DNA of 64,000 nucleotides from Massalongia carnosa. Lineage: Eukaryota. Numbering within the stretch: position 1 is the stretch's first letter; each line of letters starts with the position of its first letter. The DNA lies in contig OZ287080.1 of NCBI GenBank assembly GCA_965645245.1, positions 1-64,000 on the forward strand, written 5' to 3'. Both the position numbers and the translations under genes were made by a program. Below are positions 33,601-43,100 of the stretch, piece by piece. Below the pieces are notes generated by a model. It did no database searches. It was not told where the DNA came from and saw only the letters and a list, made by a program, of their open reading frames with translations.

Positions 33601-34413
33601 CACCCTCAAACTGATGGCCAAACCGAACGACAAAACCAGACCCTTGAACACTATTTGAGAGTTTACTGCACTGACAATCAATCCAACTGGGTGGCACTAT
33701 TGCCCCTAGCACAATTTGTCTACCAAGTCAGTAATCAAAGTACGCTTGGGTGCAGCCCCTTTTATTGTATGTACGGCTATAACCCGGAGATTCGCTACGA
33801 AGTCGGGGACGACATCGCTGTGGAGAGGGTGCCCGCTGCGAAAGAACGAGTAAAGCAATTACACGAGTTCAGATATTCTTTAGAGGCACGCTGGAAAAGC
33901 GTATCCGAAGCGCAGGCCAAGTACTACAACAGGAAACATCTTGAGAAAGATTTCAATGAAGGGGACTTGGTAATGTTATCTGCCAAGAATCTAAAACAAA
34001 AAAGGCCTAGTAAGAAACTTTCACATAAGTTTTTAGGTCCTTTTCGCATTCTAGAAGCAGTCGGCAAGCAGGCATATCGTCTTGCTCTTCCTACGACTTA
34101 TAGAATTCACCCGGTCTTTCATGTCTCTTACCTAGAACCTTACAAGCGAAGAGATGGTCAAGAGCATATACCGTTTCTACCCCCACCTGAAATTATTAAC
34201 GATGAACAGGAATGGGAAGTGGAAGAAATTATAGGTAGAAGGTCTGAGAAAGGGGAAATATTCTATAAGGTAAAATGGGTAGGATACCCTGAAGAATATG
34301 ATGAGTGGGTACCAGAGAAAGATCTGGATGGAGCCTTAGAACTAAAGCAGGATTTCGATGCCAAGCCGAAAGCAAAGCGCAGGCTAATCAAGAAACTACA
34401 GGTTACTCGCTGA
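30607..34413 (+). CDS. pol: Pol (protease, RT, RNaseH, integrase, chromodomain), probably expressed by -1 frameshift
   Basis: LLDGAAE, LRLCVDYRGLN, YLDDILV, ETDASD, GHFG, SDRG, TDGQTERQN and YKVKWVGY; frame is open upstream of 30730 and overlaps the gag end. Confidence 0.95.
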   Translation, partial: GKSQTSTESSPADGGKRSVESEPSLIPEGTITRGVQKYPATVLLDGAAEINVINQGFAVASDLRPIESELPAPQFMDGKEVYCYGAYEVVMALEDTWQRQRTFTSVFYAIDKQGPDLVLGLPGLKQLGIVIDYGAKRWRYGFQSDMFELCKPKQFAKTLDSGAPLYAIVAQPIAPSSERQPVNVGAVDENNSRNTNETQGIPVEFAEFQDVFSKDRANQLATHKDCDHAIDLEGGDPPYGPLYNLSNTELKTLREYLDDALAKGWIRHSTSSAGAPILFVPKKDGTLRLCVDYRGLNKVTKKNRHPLPLITQILDQLNGCSYFTKMDLRDAYHRLQIRKGDEWKTAFRSRYGHYEYMVMPFGLANAPATFQAYINKALSGIVDVFCVVYLDDILVFSKDRTCHVEHVKEVLRRLRKHDLYANLKKCEFFAPAVEYLGFIISSDGISMDPRRVETVRDWPALQSFRDIQVFLGFANFYRRFIRHYSQITRPLTDMLKGMQAGIKRCTFYLTAEGVEAFSKLKEAFQGAPILVHFDPELLIRLETDASDFGISGIISQLQKDGQWHPVAFYSRKMIPAERNYETHDQELLAIVMCFKHWRHYLEGSLHPVEVLTDHNNLRGFMNIKVLSGRQARWAMKLAAYDFVIMHRSGKTNPADAPSRRPDYQSINTEVTRLLPTLQKKLSKIDSLCVGYTPGIRTVLAALRYDLRSKIASSGIEPLENLEGETSKSITSLDEESDTFEVGLTQCIPRAVAVALSDEEKPLESASKSVLELIKALQGKDAFVSSRRETVAKSLKRKGGRSPEAIWTIDSNDLLNHRGRIYVPDEESIRAELLRRHHDDELAGHFGAEKTAELLTRKYYWKGLNKTVKKYTESCDICQRTKAPRHRPYGVMQSLPRPSGPWKEITMDFITGFPPSKRFGRVYDSCLVIVDRYTKMALYIPVTKKINAVDLAEILFESVVLQFGAPEGIVSDRGSVFTSEYWSEICFHLKTKRRLSTAFHPQTDGQTERQNQTLEHYLRVYCTDNQSNWVALLPLAQFVYQVSNQSTLGCSPFYCMYGYNPEIRYEVGDDIAVERVPAAKERVKQLHEFRYSLEARWKSVSEAQAKYYNRKHLEKDFNEGDLVMLSAKNLKQKRPSKKLSHKFLGPFRILEAVGKQAYRLALPTTYRIHPVFHVSYLEPYKRRDGQEHIPFLPPPEIINDEQEWEVEEIIGRRSEKGEIFYKVKWVGYPEEYDEWVPEKDLDGALELKQDFDAKPKAKRRLIKKLQVTR

Positions 34414-36690
34414 ATCCAGCGAAACCCTTCTTATTCGCCATCTCATCACCATCGGAACCTTCTGCTTTCTCGTCCGGCACCTTATCATCACCATCAGTAT
34501 CTTCTACTTCCTCGTCCGACTCCTCATCACCCTTTTCTTCCTTGAGACTCTCGCTGGAGGAGCTTTCGGAGACAACAGTCTCGTACTCCTCACCGTCTTC
34601 ACCTAAATCAACAAACCACCAACGCTAGCGTTACCGAGCTCGGATCTCTGCTGATAATCGCCATCGTCCCCTTCTCCGCTACTTCTAGCGCTTGGAGCGG
34701 CATCGGCGACCCAGCATTACCGAGAAGCTAGTGATATTTACATCTACCTACGTCAAGCGCCAGGTATTCGCGCTTTCTACACAACAAACTTGCTATCTAC
34801 GCGACATCTTCTATCACGTCCCTACACACTCCCTTCCGCGTTCGAGTACTGTACGTGCTGGAGGACCAGCACTATAGGAGAGGAGGCAATTGTCAGGGCA
34901 TAGAAGGAATAAGGGCTAAGCTAACTAAGCGGGGCTTAGTTCTACGGCTAGGCTTAGTCATATGGAAAGCAGTTGGTCTGCGTTACGCGGTTGGTATCTA
35001 CTGCCGAGAGTATAGTACGAGCGATCGAGATATACGAGGATGCTCTTACGACTAGTGAGCGGATGGTACGATACAGTCAGCACAGTGTCCACGATACAGT
35101 CAGCACAGTGTTTACGATACAGTCAGCACAGTGTCCACGATGCAATCAGCAGAGTGTTTAGCCGGCTTATCCGGTAGGAGTAATGGGCGGTCAAGATAGT
35201 TACAGTATCAAGGGCCTAGAGGGTCAAGGGCTTCGGTCTGGGTATATAAGGAGGCTGCTCGAGGGAGATGCAATCTTCAACGATTAGTCTTCCGCTTTAC
35301 CTACATACTTCTTTTAGTATATTAGTATAGCAAATCATTAGTGTCTTCACATTGTCACATATCCCTAGGCCTGGTGTCTGATAATCGCCAGGTCTGACTC
35401 TTACAATATCCGGACCGAAGCCCTTAACCCTCTGGCCCTTTGATACTGTAACTATCTTGACCGCCCATTACTCCTACCGGATAAGCCGGCTAAACAATCT
35501 GCTGACTGCATCGTGGACACTGTGCTGACTGTATCGTGGAAACTGTGCTGAATGTATCGTAGACACTGTGCTGATTGTATCGTACCATCCGCTCACTAAT
35601 CGTACGAGCATCCTCGTATATCTCGATCGCTCGTACTATACTCTCGGCAGTAGATAGGAGCCGCGTAACGCAGACCAACTGCTTTCCGTATGACTAAGCC
35701 TAGCCGTAGAACTAAGCCCCGCTTACTTAGCCCTGCCCTTATACCTTCTATGCTCTGACAAATAGCAAGCCAAATAGTAAGCAAATAAAAAGTAGTAGCA
35801 AATTAATCTCAGGTCTGAGATGGCACAGTCTCGTCTATATAGTACTGAAGTAGTAATAATGCGGAGAGGACGTCGTGCGGATAGGACAAAAAATTCTCCT
35901 CTTGCCTCCACCGTATTATATCGTTTTACTTCGGAAAACTTGGTAGATCAACTGATCCTGTAGATACCAATCCGTATCGCGAAAACTACGTTTTTTACGC
36001 CCGTTGTGGGAGTGAGAGGTGGTCGTTATTTGAGGTTTTCATGTTTTGATGTTCCCGAAAACCGCGCTTAATCCGTCCGTGTAACGAACTTGCAAAAAAC
36101 CTCGATTCGGTTTAATGTTCACTCGATGTAGTTTAGTGTCGATTTTGTCAACATTATTATTGTTTTGTTGACGCGTTGCTACTTTATCATTTACTGAATT
36201 ATCTGCTTTGTCTAATTCATATTTTATTTCAATCATTATTAATTACTTGCTATTCATTGATTTTAGTGCTAGACACAAGGTAGTCTGGCAGGTAGACAAA
36301 AGGTGGTCTGGGTGAGGGACAAAAAGAGTTCTAGGTAATAGACAAAAGACAGTCTGGCAGGTATACAAAATTTATTCTGGGTGATAGACAAAAGGTGGTC
36401 TGGGTGGCTGGGTGATGGAAAAAAGTTGGTCGGGCAGATGGTCTGGCAGGTGGTCTGGAGGATGATCAAAAGGTGATGTAAGTTATATTCAAAAGTTGGT
36501 CTGGCTGGTAGAGAAATAGTGATATTAGCGGTAGACAAAAGGTGATCTGGCAGGTAGAAAAAATGTGGTCTGGGTGATAGAAAAAAGGTGGTCTGGCAGG
36601 TGGTTCGGATTATAATCAAAAGTTGATATGAGGAATAGACAAAAGGTATTCTGGCAGGTAGACAAAAGGTAGTCTCGCAGGTGGACAAAA

Positions 36691-36861
36691 TGTGGCGAAG
36701 CGAGATAGTGAATAGATTTGTACCATTGCGCCACCTGTCCTTCCCGACCAAAAGGCACAATACTTAGTCCGCAGACCAAGCTCTATTCTACTATAACTGG
36801 GTCTCCTGCTATGTTTGCTGTAGGTCCTGCCGTCCGCACCACGCTTGGTCGAACCGTTACA
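36691..36861. mobile_element. Solo LTR (171 bp), TSD CAAAA
   Basis: TGTGGCG...CGTTACA; CAAAA at 36686-36690 and 36862-36866. Confidence 0.8.
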
Positions 36862-38760
36862 CAAAAGGTAGTCTGGCAGGTTATCTGGCAGGTAGTCGGG
36901 ATTATTATCAAAAGTTTATATGAGAGATTGACAAAAGATTGTCTGACAGGTGGACAAAAAATAGTTTGGCAGGTGGACAAAATGTGGTCTAGCAGCTAGA
37001 CAAAATGTGGCCTGACAGGTGGACAAAAGGTTAAATTAGTAGTGGACAAAAGTTGGTCTAGATGATGGATAAAAGGTTGTCAAAAGGTGGTCAAAAGGTG
37101 GTCAAAAGGTGGTCAAAAGGTGGTCAAAAGGTGGTCAAAATGTAGTCTAGACGATATACAAAAGGTGATCTATGTGATGAACAAAAGTTGGCCTGACAGG
37201 TGAAAAAAAGGTTATTTGTTGTAGACCAAAGATGGTCTGGGTGATGATCAGAAGTTGCTCAAGACGATGAACAAAAGATAACATGGAAGATGGACAAAAG
37301 ATGATATAGAAGCTTGACAAAAGATAATCTGACAGGTGGGCAAAAGATGATCTGATTGGTGGACAAAAGATGATATGGGAGGTGGAAAAAAGGGGATCTG
37401 AATAGTGAACAAAAGGTTGTCTGAGTGAAGTTAAAAAGGATGTCTTGCAGGTGGACAAAAGATGATATTAACATTGGTCAACAGATGATATGTGTAAGGG
37501 ATAAAACGAGTTCAATATCAATAGCCTAGTTCTACACCAAAATCTTCAGACGAAGTCTAAAAGCTTTACTCGGGCGGAGTTCTATATAACCCCTGAAAAG
37601 TCGGTTCCTCGGCATATTACCTAATCGATGCTAGTCTGATGTCAGGTGACCTCAGGACCCTGACACTACCCCTCCTCTGAGACGGCGGCTCCGGACGTCG
37701 ATAGTTGACTGTTATTCATAAATAGGACATCCTTTGGGGCGTTGGGTTTTCGTTTATTGTCTGTATGAAATTTTCTGATTTCTTCTTTGGCGCGAATGAA
37801 ATCAGTCCATGGCTGCCAAGGTTGGTTTGCGTTCCAGTCATCCCATGAGCCGATATAGGTTGCTTTATACTGAGTGCCGTATTTCTTAGTTTCACGGCAG
37901 TCGACGATTTCGAGGACTTCATATTCTTCATGAGGACTGGATTCGGCGTCTTCTTGAATCAGTATCGGGGGACCCGATTCAATAAGTTGACCGGGGAATG
38001 GGTTCGTTGGAGCCAGATGAAGTTTCCATGGATGAAATAGGGGTGTGAGCCCCACTCTTTTCAAGTGTTCGGGAATTTCAAATTCATAGGCCTTGTTATC
38101 TATTTTTCGGATGATTTTCCATGGCCCCGCGTTTTTGGAACTCAGGGAGCGACTCTGCTTGTCGACGGAGAAATCTTTGGTGTTGACATATACTATGTCT
38201 CCTATCTTGTAGTCTGGATGTGGGGCCCGCGACTCATTGGCATATCTCATCTGATCTGCCTTTGCCCAGGTTAGGTGCTCGATAAGCCATTTGGTCATGG
38301 CTTCTTGTCGGGCGGTTATTTTGTCTGCCGACATCAGTTCCGCGTGTCCGGTGACATTTGAGTCAAAAGGCTGAGGCGGCTCCGAGCCACTACGAGGGTG
38401 ATAACCGTGATCAGCGAAGAAGGGGGACATTCCGGTTGAAGCGTTCGTATGATTATTGACTGCAAATTCGGCATCTGGTAAGTAGTCCACCCAGTCGTCT
38501 TGAGCATGTCTGACGTATGCTCTCAGGTAGTTCTTCATAACCTTATTCGCATTTTCGGTTTGACCATCTGTTTCTGGATGATGCGCGGAGTACGGTTTCG
38601 ATTTGACTCCTAATCGCTGACAAATTCGCTTCCACAGATGGGCTGTCAATTGCGTCCCGCGATCGTGGACGATGGAGTTTGGCAAGCCGTATGTTGAAAA
38701 GACCCGACGTTTGAGGACTTCTAGTACGTCCTTCGTGCCTATATCCACCATAGGTTCGTA

Positions 38761-40109
38761 CGAGGTTAGCGCGAAAAGTATTGACGGATTTTCGCTTATT
38801 TTGCATTTTTCCCCTCCTCTTCTCCACATCATCATCATGAATCACCCCTCCCATCAGCCCAATTCCGAATGGGAAACTCCCACACGTCAGCGAGTACTAG
38901 ATCTATATCATGACAGTCATATGCCAGCTGCTCAAATATTTAGAGCAACTGGTGTACCCACACCAACTGTGCGAAGATGGATCAAATCTGGAGAGCCTCG
39001 GCACGATGCACATCCTCGCTCGGGACGACCTGTCAAACTCAACCCCAGAGACGTGCGACATCTTGTACGTGCAGTGACGAGTTCTAAAGATAGTAGACAA
39101 GCATCCTACATGAAGATAGCCAAAGATCTTGGAATTCAAGCTTCAATGTCGACTATTCGAAAGGCGCTTCGAAAAGCAGGCTTTCGTCGCTGTGTGGCCT
39201 GTCCCAAGCCCCTGGTTTCCTGGATCAATCGTCGCAAACGTCTCAAATGGGCACGAGAGCATCTGTCTTGGCAAGAAGAAGACTGGTTGCGTATTATTTT
39301 TACCGATGAGAGCACGTTTGAAACGGGACAGAGAGCTCGTCAGTTCGTTACCCGAAGGTCAGGGGAAAAGTACTGTCCTGATTGTCTGAATAGCTTTAAG
39401 CACTCGGGTCGACAGTCAGTCATGGTTTGGGGAGGCATATGTGGACAGCAGGCCAGCGAATTGGTGGAGTTTAAGAAGACTTTGAAGAAGATGAAGAGTG
39501 GGAAAAACAAAGACCTATTGAAGGACTCGATAACCACCACTGATTACATCAATCAGATCTTAGAACCATGCCTTTTTCCTTTGTACGAAGCTCTCAAAGC
39601 ACAAGGCCACCGTCCCATCTTCATGCAAGACAATGCGAGCATTCAAGATTCCAAAGAGGCTTGTTTGTGGCTACGACAACATCAGATAGAGGTCATGACC
39701 TGGCCCCCTTCGAGTCCTGATCTCAATCCCATCGAGTACATGTGGAGGGGCTGCAAGCAGAAGATCAAACGATATCCTCGTTTAGTCACGAATGCAAAAG
39801 ACATATTCATAGCAGGAACGAACGAATGGAACGGGTTGGTGGTGGAAAATAAGCATCTGAAATGGATCAACACGATGCGAGATCGTTGTCGGGCTGTGAT
39901 TAAAAATCATGGTTTTTCCACCAAATATTGAGTGTAAAACATGCTTCAAACTTTCAGATCAACTACTTCATTCATACGTCTGACTTCGACATCAATTGTA
40001 GAAATTATCGTGTTGAATTGAAGGTTTAGTATTTTTGATTGTGGAGGTGATTGAAAGATCGATTTTGATTTTCTCGCTTAATCCGTCAATACTTTTCACC
40101 CGAACCTAG
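38761..40109 (+). mobile_element. Tc1/mariner transposon, intact copy, TA TSD
   Basis: Imperfect ~30-bp TIRs sharing GAAAAGTATTGACGGATT; TA at 38759-38760 and 40110-40111; removal restores KRRLY|EPMV of the host integrase. Confidence 0.95.
38837..39931 (+). CDS. Tc1-family DD34E transposase (364 aa)
   Basis: RSGRP, IIFTDESTF, FMQDNA and WPPSSPDLNPIE with 34 residues between the second D and E. Confidence 0.95.
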   Translation: MNHPSHQPNSEWETPTRQRVLDLYHDSHMPAAQIFRATGVPTPTVRRWIKSGEPRHDAHPRSGRPVKLNPRDVRHLVRAVTSSKDSRQASYMKIAKDLGIQASMSTIRKALRKAGFRRCVACPKPLVSWINRRKRLKWAREHLSWQEEDWLRIIFTDESTFETGQRARQFVTRRSGEKYCPDCLNSFKHSGRQSVMVWGGICGQQASELVEFKKTLKKMKSGKNKDLLKDSITTTDYINQILEPCLFPLYEALKAQGHRPIFMQDNASIQDSKEACLWLRQHQIEVMTWPPSSPDLNPIEYMWRGCKQKIKRYPRLVTNAKDIFIAGTNEWNGLVVENKHLKWINTMRDRCRAVIKNHGFSTKY

Positions 40110-43100
40110 TACAACCTACGTTTGGTCAATCTGTCCACGATAACCAAGATATTTTCGCACGTCCGGCCCCGTCTGTGACATTTGGGCAGTTTGACTACAA
40201 AGTCCAGAGATAAGTCTGTCCATTTTCTTTGAGATGGGTAGTGGGGCTAATAGTCCTTGTTTCTGATCGTTGTACGCCTTGGACCTTCGGCATGTAGAGC
40301 AGTTAGTAGCGTATCTTCGACAATCATCCTTCATGGACATCCAGAAATAGTTCTCCATCATTTTGGCATACATGCCTCGATACCCGGGGTGTCCTTGCTT
40401 CGGGAGATTATGATGATCTGATAAAAGACGCAGCTTCAGCTTGTCGAAATTCGGAATGAAGAGGCGTGTTTTGTAGTATAGTCTTTCGTGACGGACTTCC
40501 AAGTCACCCATCGCCAGTCTCAGCCCGTTGCTTAGAATTTTATCGGGCAATTTCTTCAGATTTTCCAACTTAGCCTTCATGACTTCCGGAATCATTGCGT
40601 CTTCTTAATATGCCTCCGCTAAAAGATTTTCTAATAATTCATCAGGCTTTTCTGCATCCGAATCATCATTCGAATTGATTGTGAGCTCCTCTACCGCCAA
40701 GTCCTCTACTTCCTCATCCCTGATTTGATCGGATGAGTCAGTAGTAATGTTGTCTTCAACCCGTTCTCGATTGGCCATGGATCTGGTTGTCACGTACAGC
40801 TTCAGGTCCTGTTTCACTTCATCGTCCAGCTGATTTTCTTTTAGCAGCACCTGATATTGATATCTGGTGCGATCATCCTCCGCGTCCATCGGCAGATCTT
40901 GCTCTCTTCTGGTGAGGGCGTCCGTTTTGCCCCCTTGCTTGCTTGGTCTATACATAATGCGAAAATTATATTCCGCCAGCATCTCAGCCCAACGCACTTG
41001 ACGGCGATTTAGTTGTTTCAAAGTCATGAAGGTCTCCAGATTCTTATGATCTGAGTAGACCTTTGTTGATTGCTCTACTCCCGCTAGCTCCGGTCTCCAG
41101 ATGACGAAACTTTCTACGATGGCTAGGAGTTCTTTATCGTAGATCTCATAATTGCATTCGGCGGGGCTCATCTTCTTCGAGAAATAAGCCACGGGTTTCA
41201 GAACGCCTTCATGCATCTGAGAGAGTATCCCCGATACTACGAAGTCAGATGCGTCTGTCTCCACCCAGGTCTCTAGCCTTGGGTCGTAATGAGCAAGAAT
41301 CGGCGCAGAGGTAAAAGAAATCTTCATGTCTTCGAAAGCTTGCTGACATTCAGTGGTCCGCACGAAGTCTTGATACTTGGTGCGTCTCTTTCCGCCTTTC
41401 GTGACATATTGCTCTCCGCGGGTTAGCTCGGTCAGACACTTCACCTTTTCGGAGAATCGCTCAATGAAGCGACGATAGAAGTTAGTGAATCCAAGAAAGG
41501 ACTGCACCTCTTTTACTGACGCGGGCGTCTTCCATTCTAGTATGGCCGTTACCTTTTCTGGGTCCATTCTAACGCCATTCACCCCCACGAACATTCCGAG
41601 GTACTTGACTTCGGAGACAGAGAATTCACACTTGTCTATGTCCAGTTGAAGTCATCTTTCTTTCAGACGACGAAGTACCTTCAGTACCTGCTCGATGTGC
41701 TCCGTTTCTGTTTCACTGAACACCAGTACGTCGTCCAGATAGGCGGTGACGAAATAATCTAAGTATTCTCGCAGGGAGTTATTGATATAGCTCTGAAATG
41801 TTGATGGAGCGTTGCATAGTCCGAAGGGCATCACAAGATATTCAAATTGACCGTATCGAGTATTGAACGCCGTGAGCCACTCTTGTCCCTCTTTAATCCT
41901 CATCCTATTGAATGCATGAATGACGTCCAATTTAGTAAACCACTTTGCTTTGGCGAGTTTCGCCAATGTCTCGCTGATCAATGGAATAGGGTATCGACTT
42001 TTCTCCGTGATATTATTCAGATCTCGATAATCTACGCAAAAGCGAAGACCCCCGCCTGGTTTCCTGACTAATAGTACCGGCGCGGCCGCCTTTGACGAGC
42101 TCGGACGAATAAACCCTTTTGCTAAGTGCTCATCTAGATATTTTCTTACCGCGGTCAATTCCTGTTCGGACATGGGCCGATAATTCTTGATGAACGGGGG
42201 CTCGATCCCGGGCATAAAATTGATTTCGTGATCCTCTTTTCGATGAGGTGCCAATTCGTCTGCCTTAGCCCTCATGAAGACTTCAATCTCGCCATGATAG
42301 GCCTCGGGTACTCGTTTTTTCAATTCTTCCAGAGTATATTCGACTTTGTCTTTCATGAAATTCTCATGATCGTCGCTGGTGACTGCGTTGATACTTGAAG
42401 CAGTCAGAAGCTTCTTCTCGTACCTATCTAACTTCTTGTTGAGCTTTTCCCTCGGATAGAAACAGTAAGTCTGATGACCCGATCTTCGAAGAAGTTTCAT
42501 AAATCGCTTCGGGGTGAGGGACTGAATATCGAAATTTTCAAAGGCCTCGTTCTTTGCTGAGGCAGTCGTTTCCTTCTCCAAGATTGTGGATTCAAATTTT
42601 GAGACTGAATGAGATCGAGGTGCGCATCCCTTACTGACGCACCGATTGGAGAACGTCATGGTGCGTTCAACCCAATCAATGTGAGGGTTATGCTCCTGCA
42701 GCCATCCATCACCGATGATCAAGGTATGATTACCTATGTCGGCCAGATAGCAGAATAACTTTTCCTCATGATCTCCGATTCTGACGGGAACGATAACGGC
42801 CTTATCAATGATTTGATGGACTTTTCCATCCCCAAGTTCCAGTCTGACCCTGTCTCTTTTTTTTAGTCTAATGGTCTCTAGTTTTCTTTTGCGCGCAAAG
42901 GATTCATGAAGAAACTGAGCTTCACTCCGTTATCGATCATCAACCGATTTTCATTAGAGGCTATACTACATCTAAATAAAAGATGCTTGCCCGGAACGAG
43001 ATGATCGACAGAAAGAACAGATGCTCTAACAACCCTTAATGAAACTTCTCGACATTCCTGATGGCGACTATCATCAGGAATCATTCTTTTTCCGAGTCCT

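Larger units (their letters stand above)
28831..35405 (+). mobile_element. Full-length Ty3/gypsy chromovirus; 515-bp LTRs (28831-29345, 34891-35405); TSD ATATC
   Basis: TG...CA LTRs differing at about 4 positions by eye; PPT AGGAGAGGAGG near 34876; ATATC at 28826-28830 and 35406-35410; open gag and pol. Confidence 0.97.
28666..35760 (-). mobile_element. Solo LTR (halves 28666-28830 and 35406-35760) split by a full-length element of the same family; TSD AATAG
   Basis: Both halves are reverse complements of the 28831-29345 LTR; AATAG at 28661-28665 and 35761-35765. Confidence 0.92.
26995..35833. repeat. Minisatellite-rich dispersed element, copy 1 (about 1.75 kb without the LTR insert at 28666-35765)
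   Basis: Degenerate 11/22-bp GACAAAAGGTGGTCTGGCAGGTG array with unique flanks, colinear with 36237-45513. Confidence 0.85.

Noticed and set aside
38672..38836. N-terminal extension of the 419-aa Tc1 ORF
   Set aside because: Starts outside the TIR in host antisense sequence; the likely start is ATG 38837.
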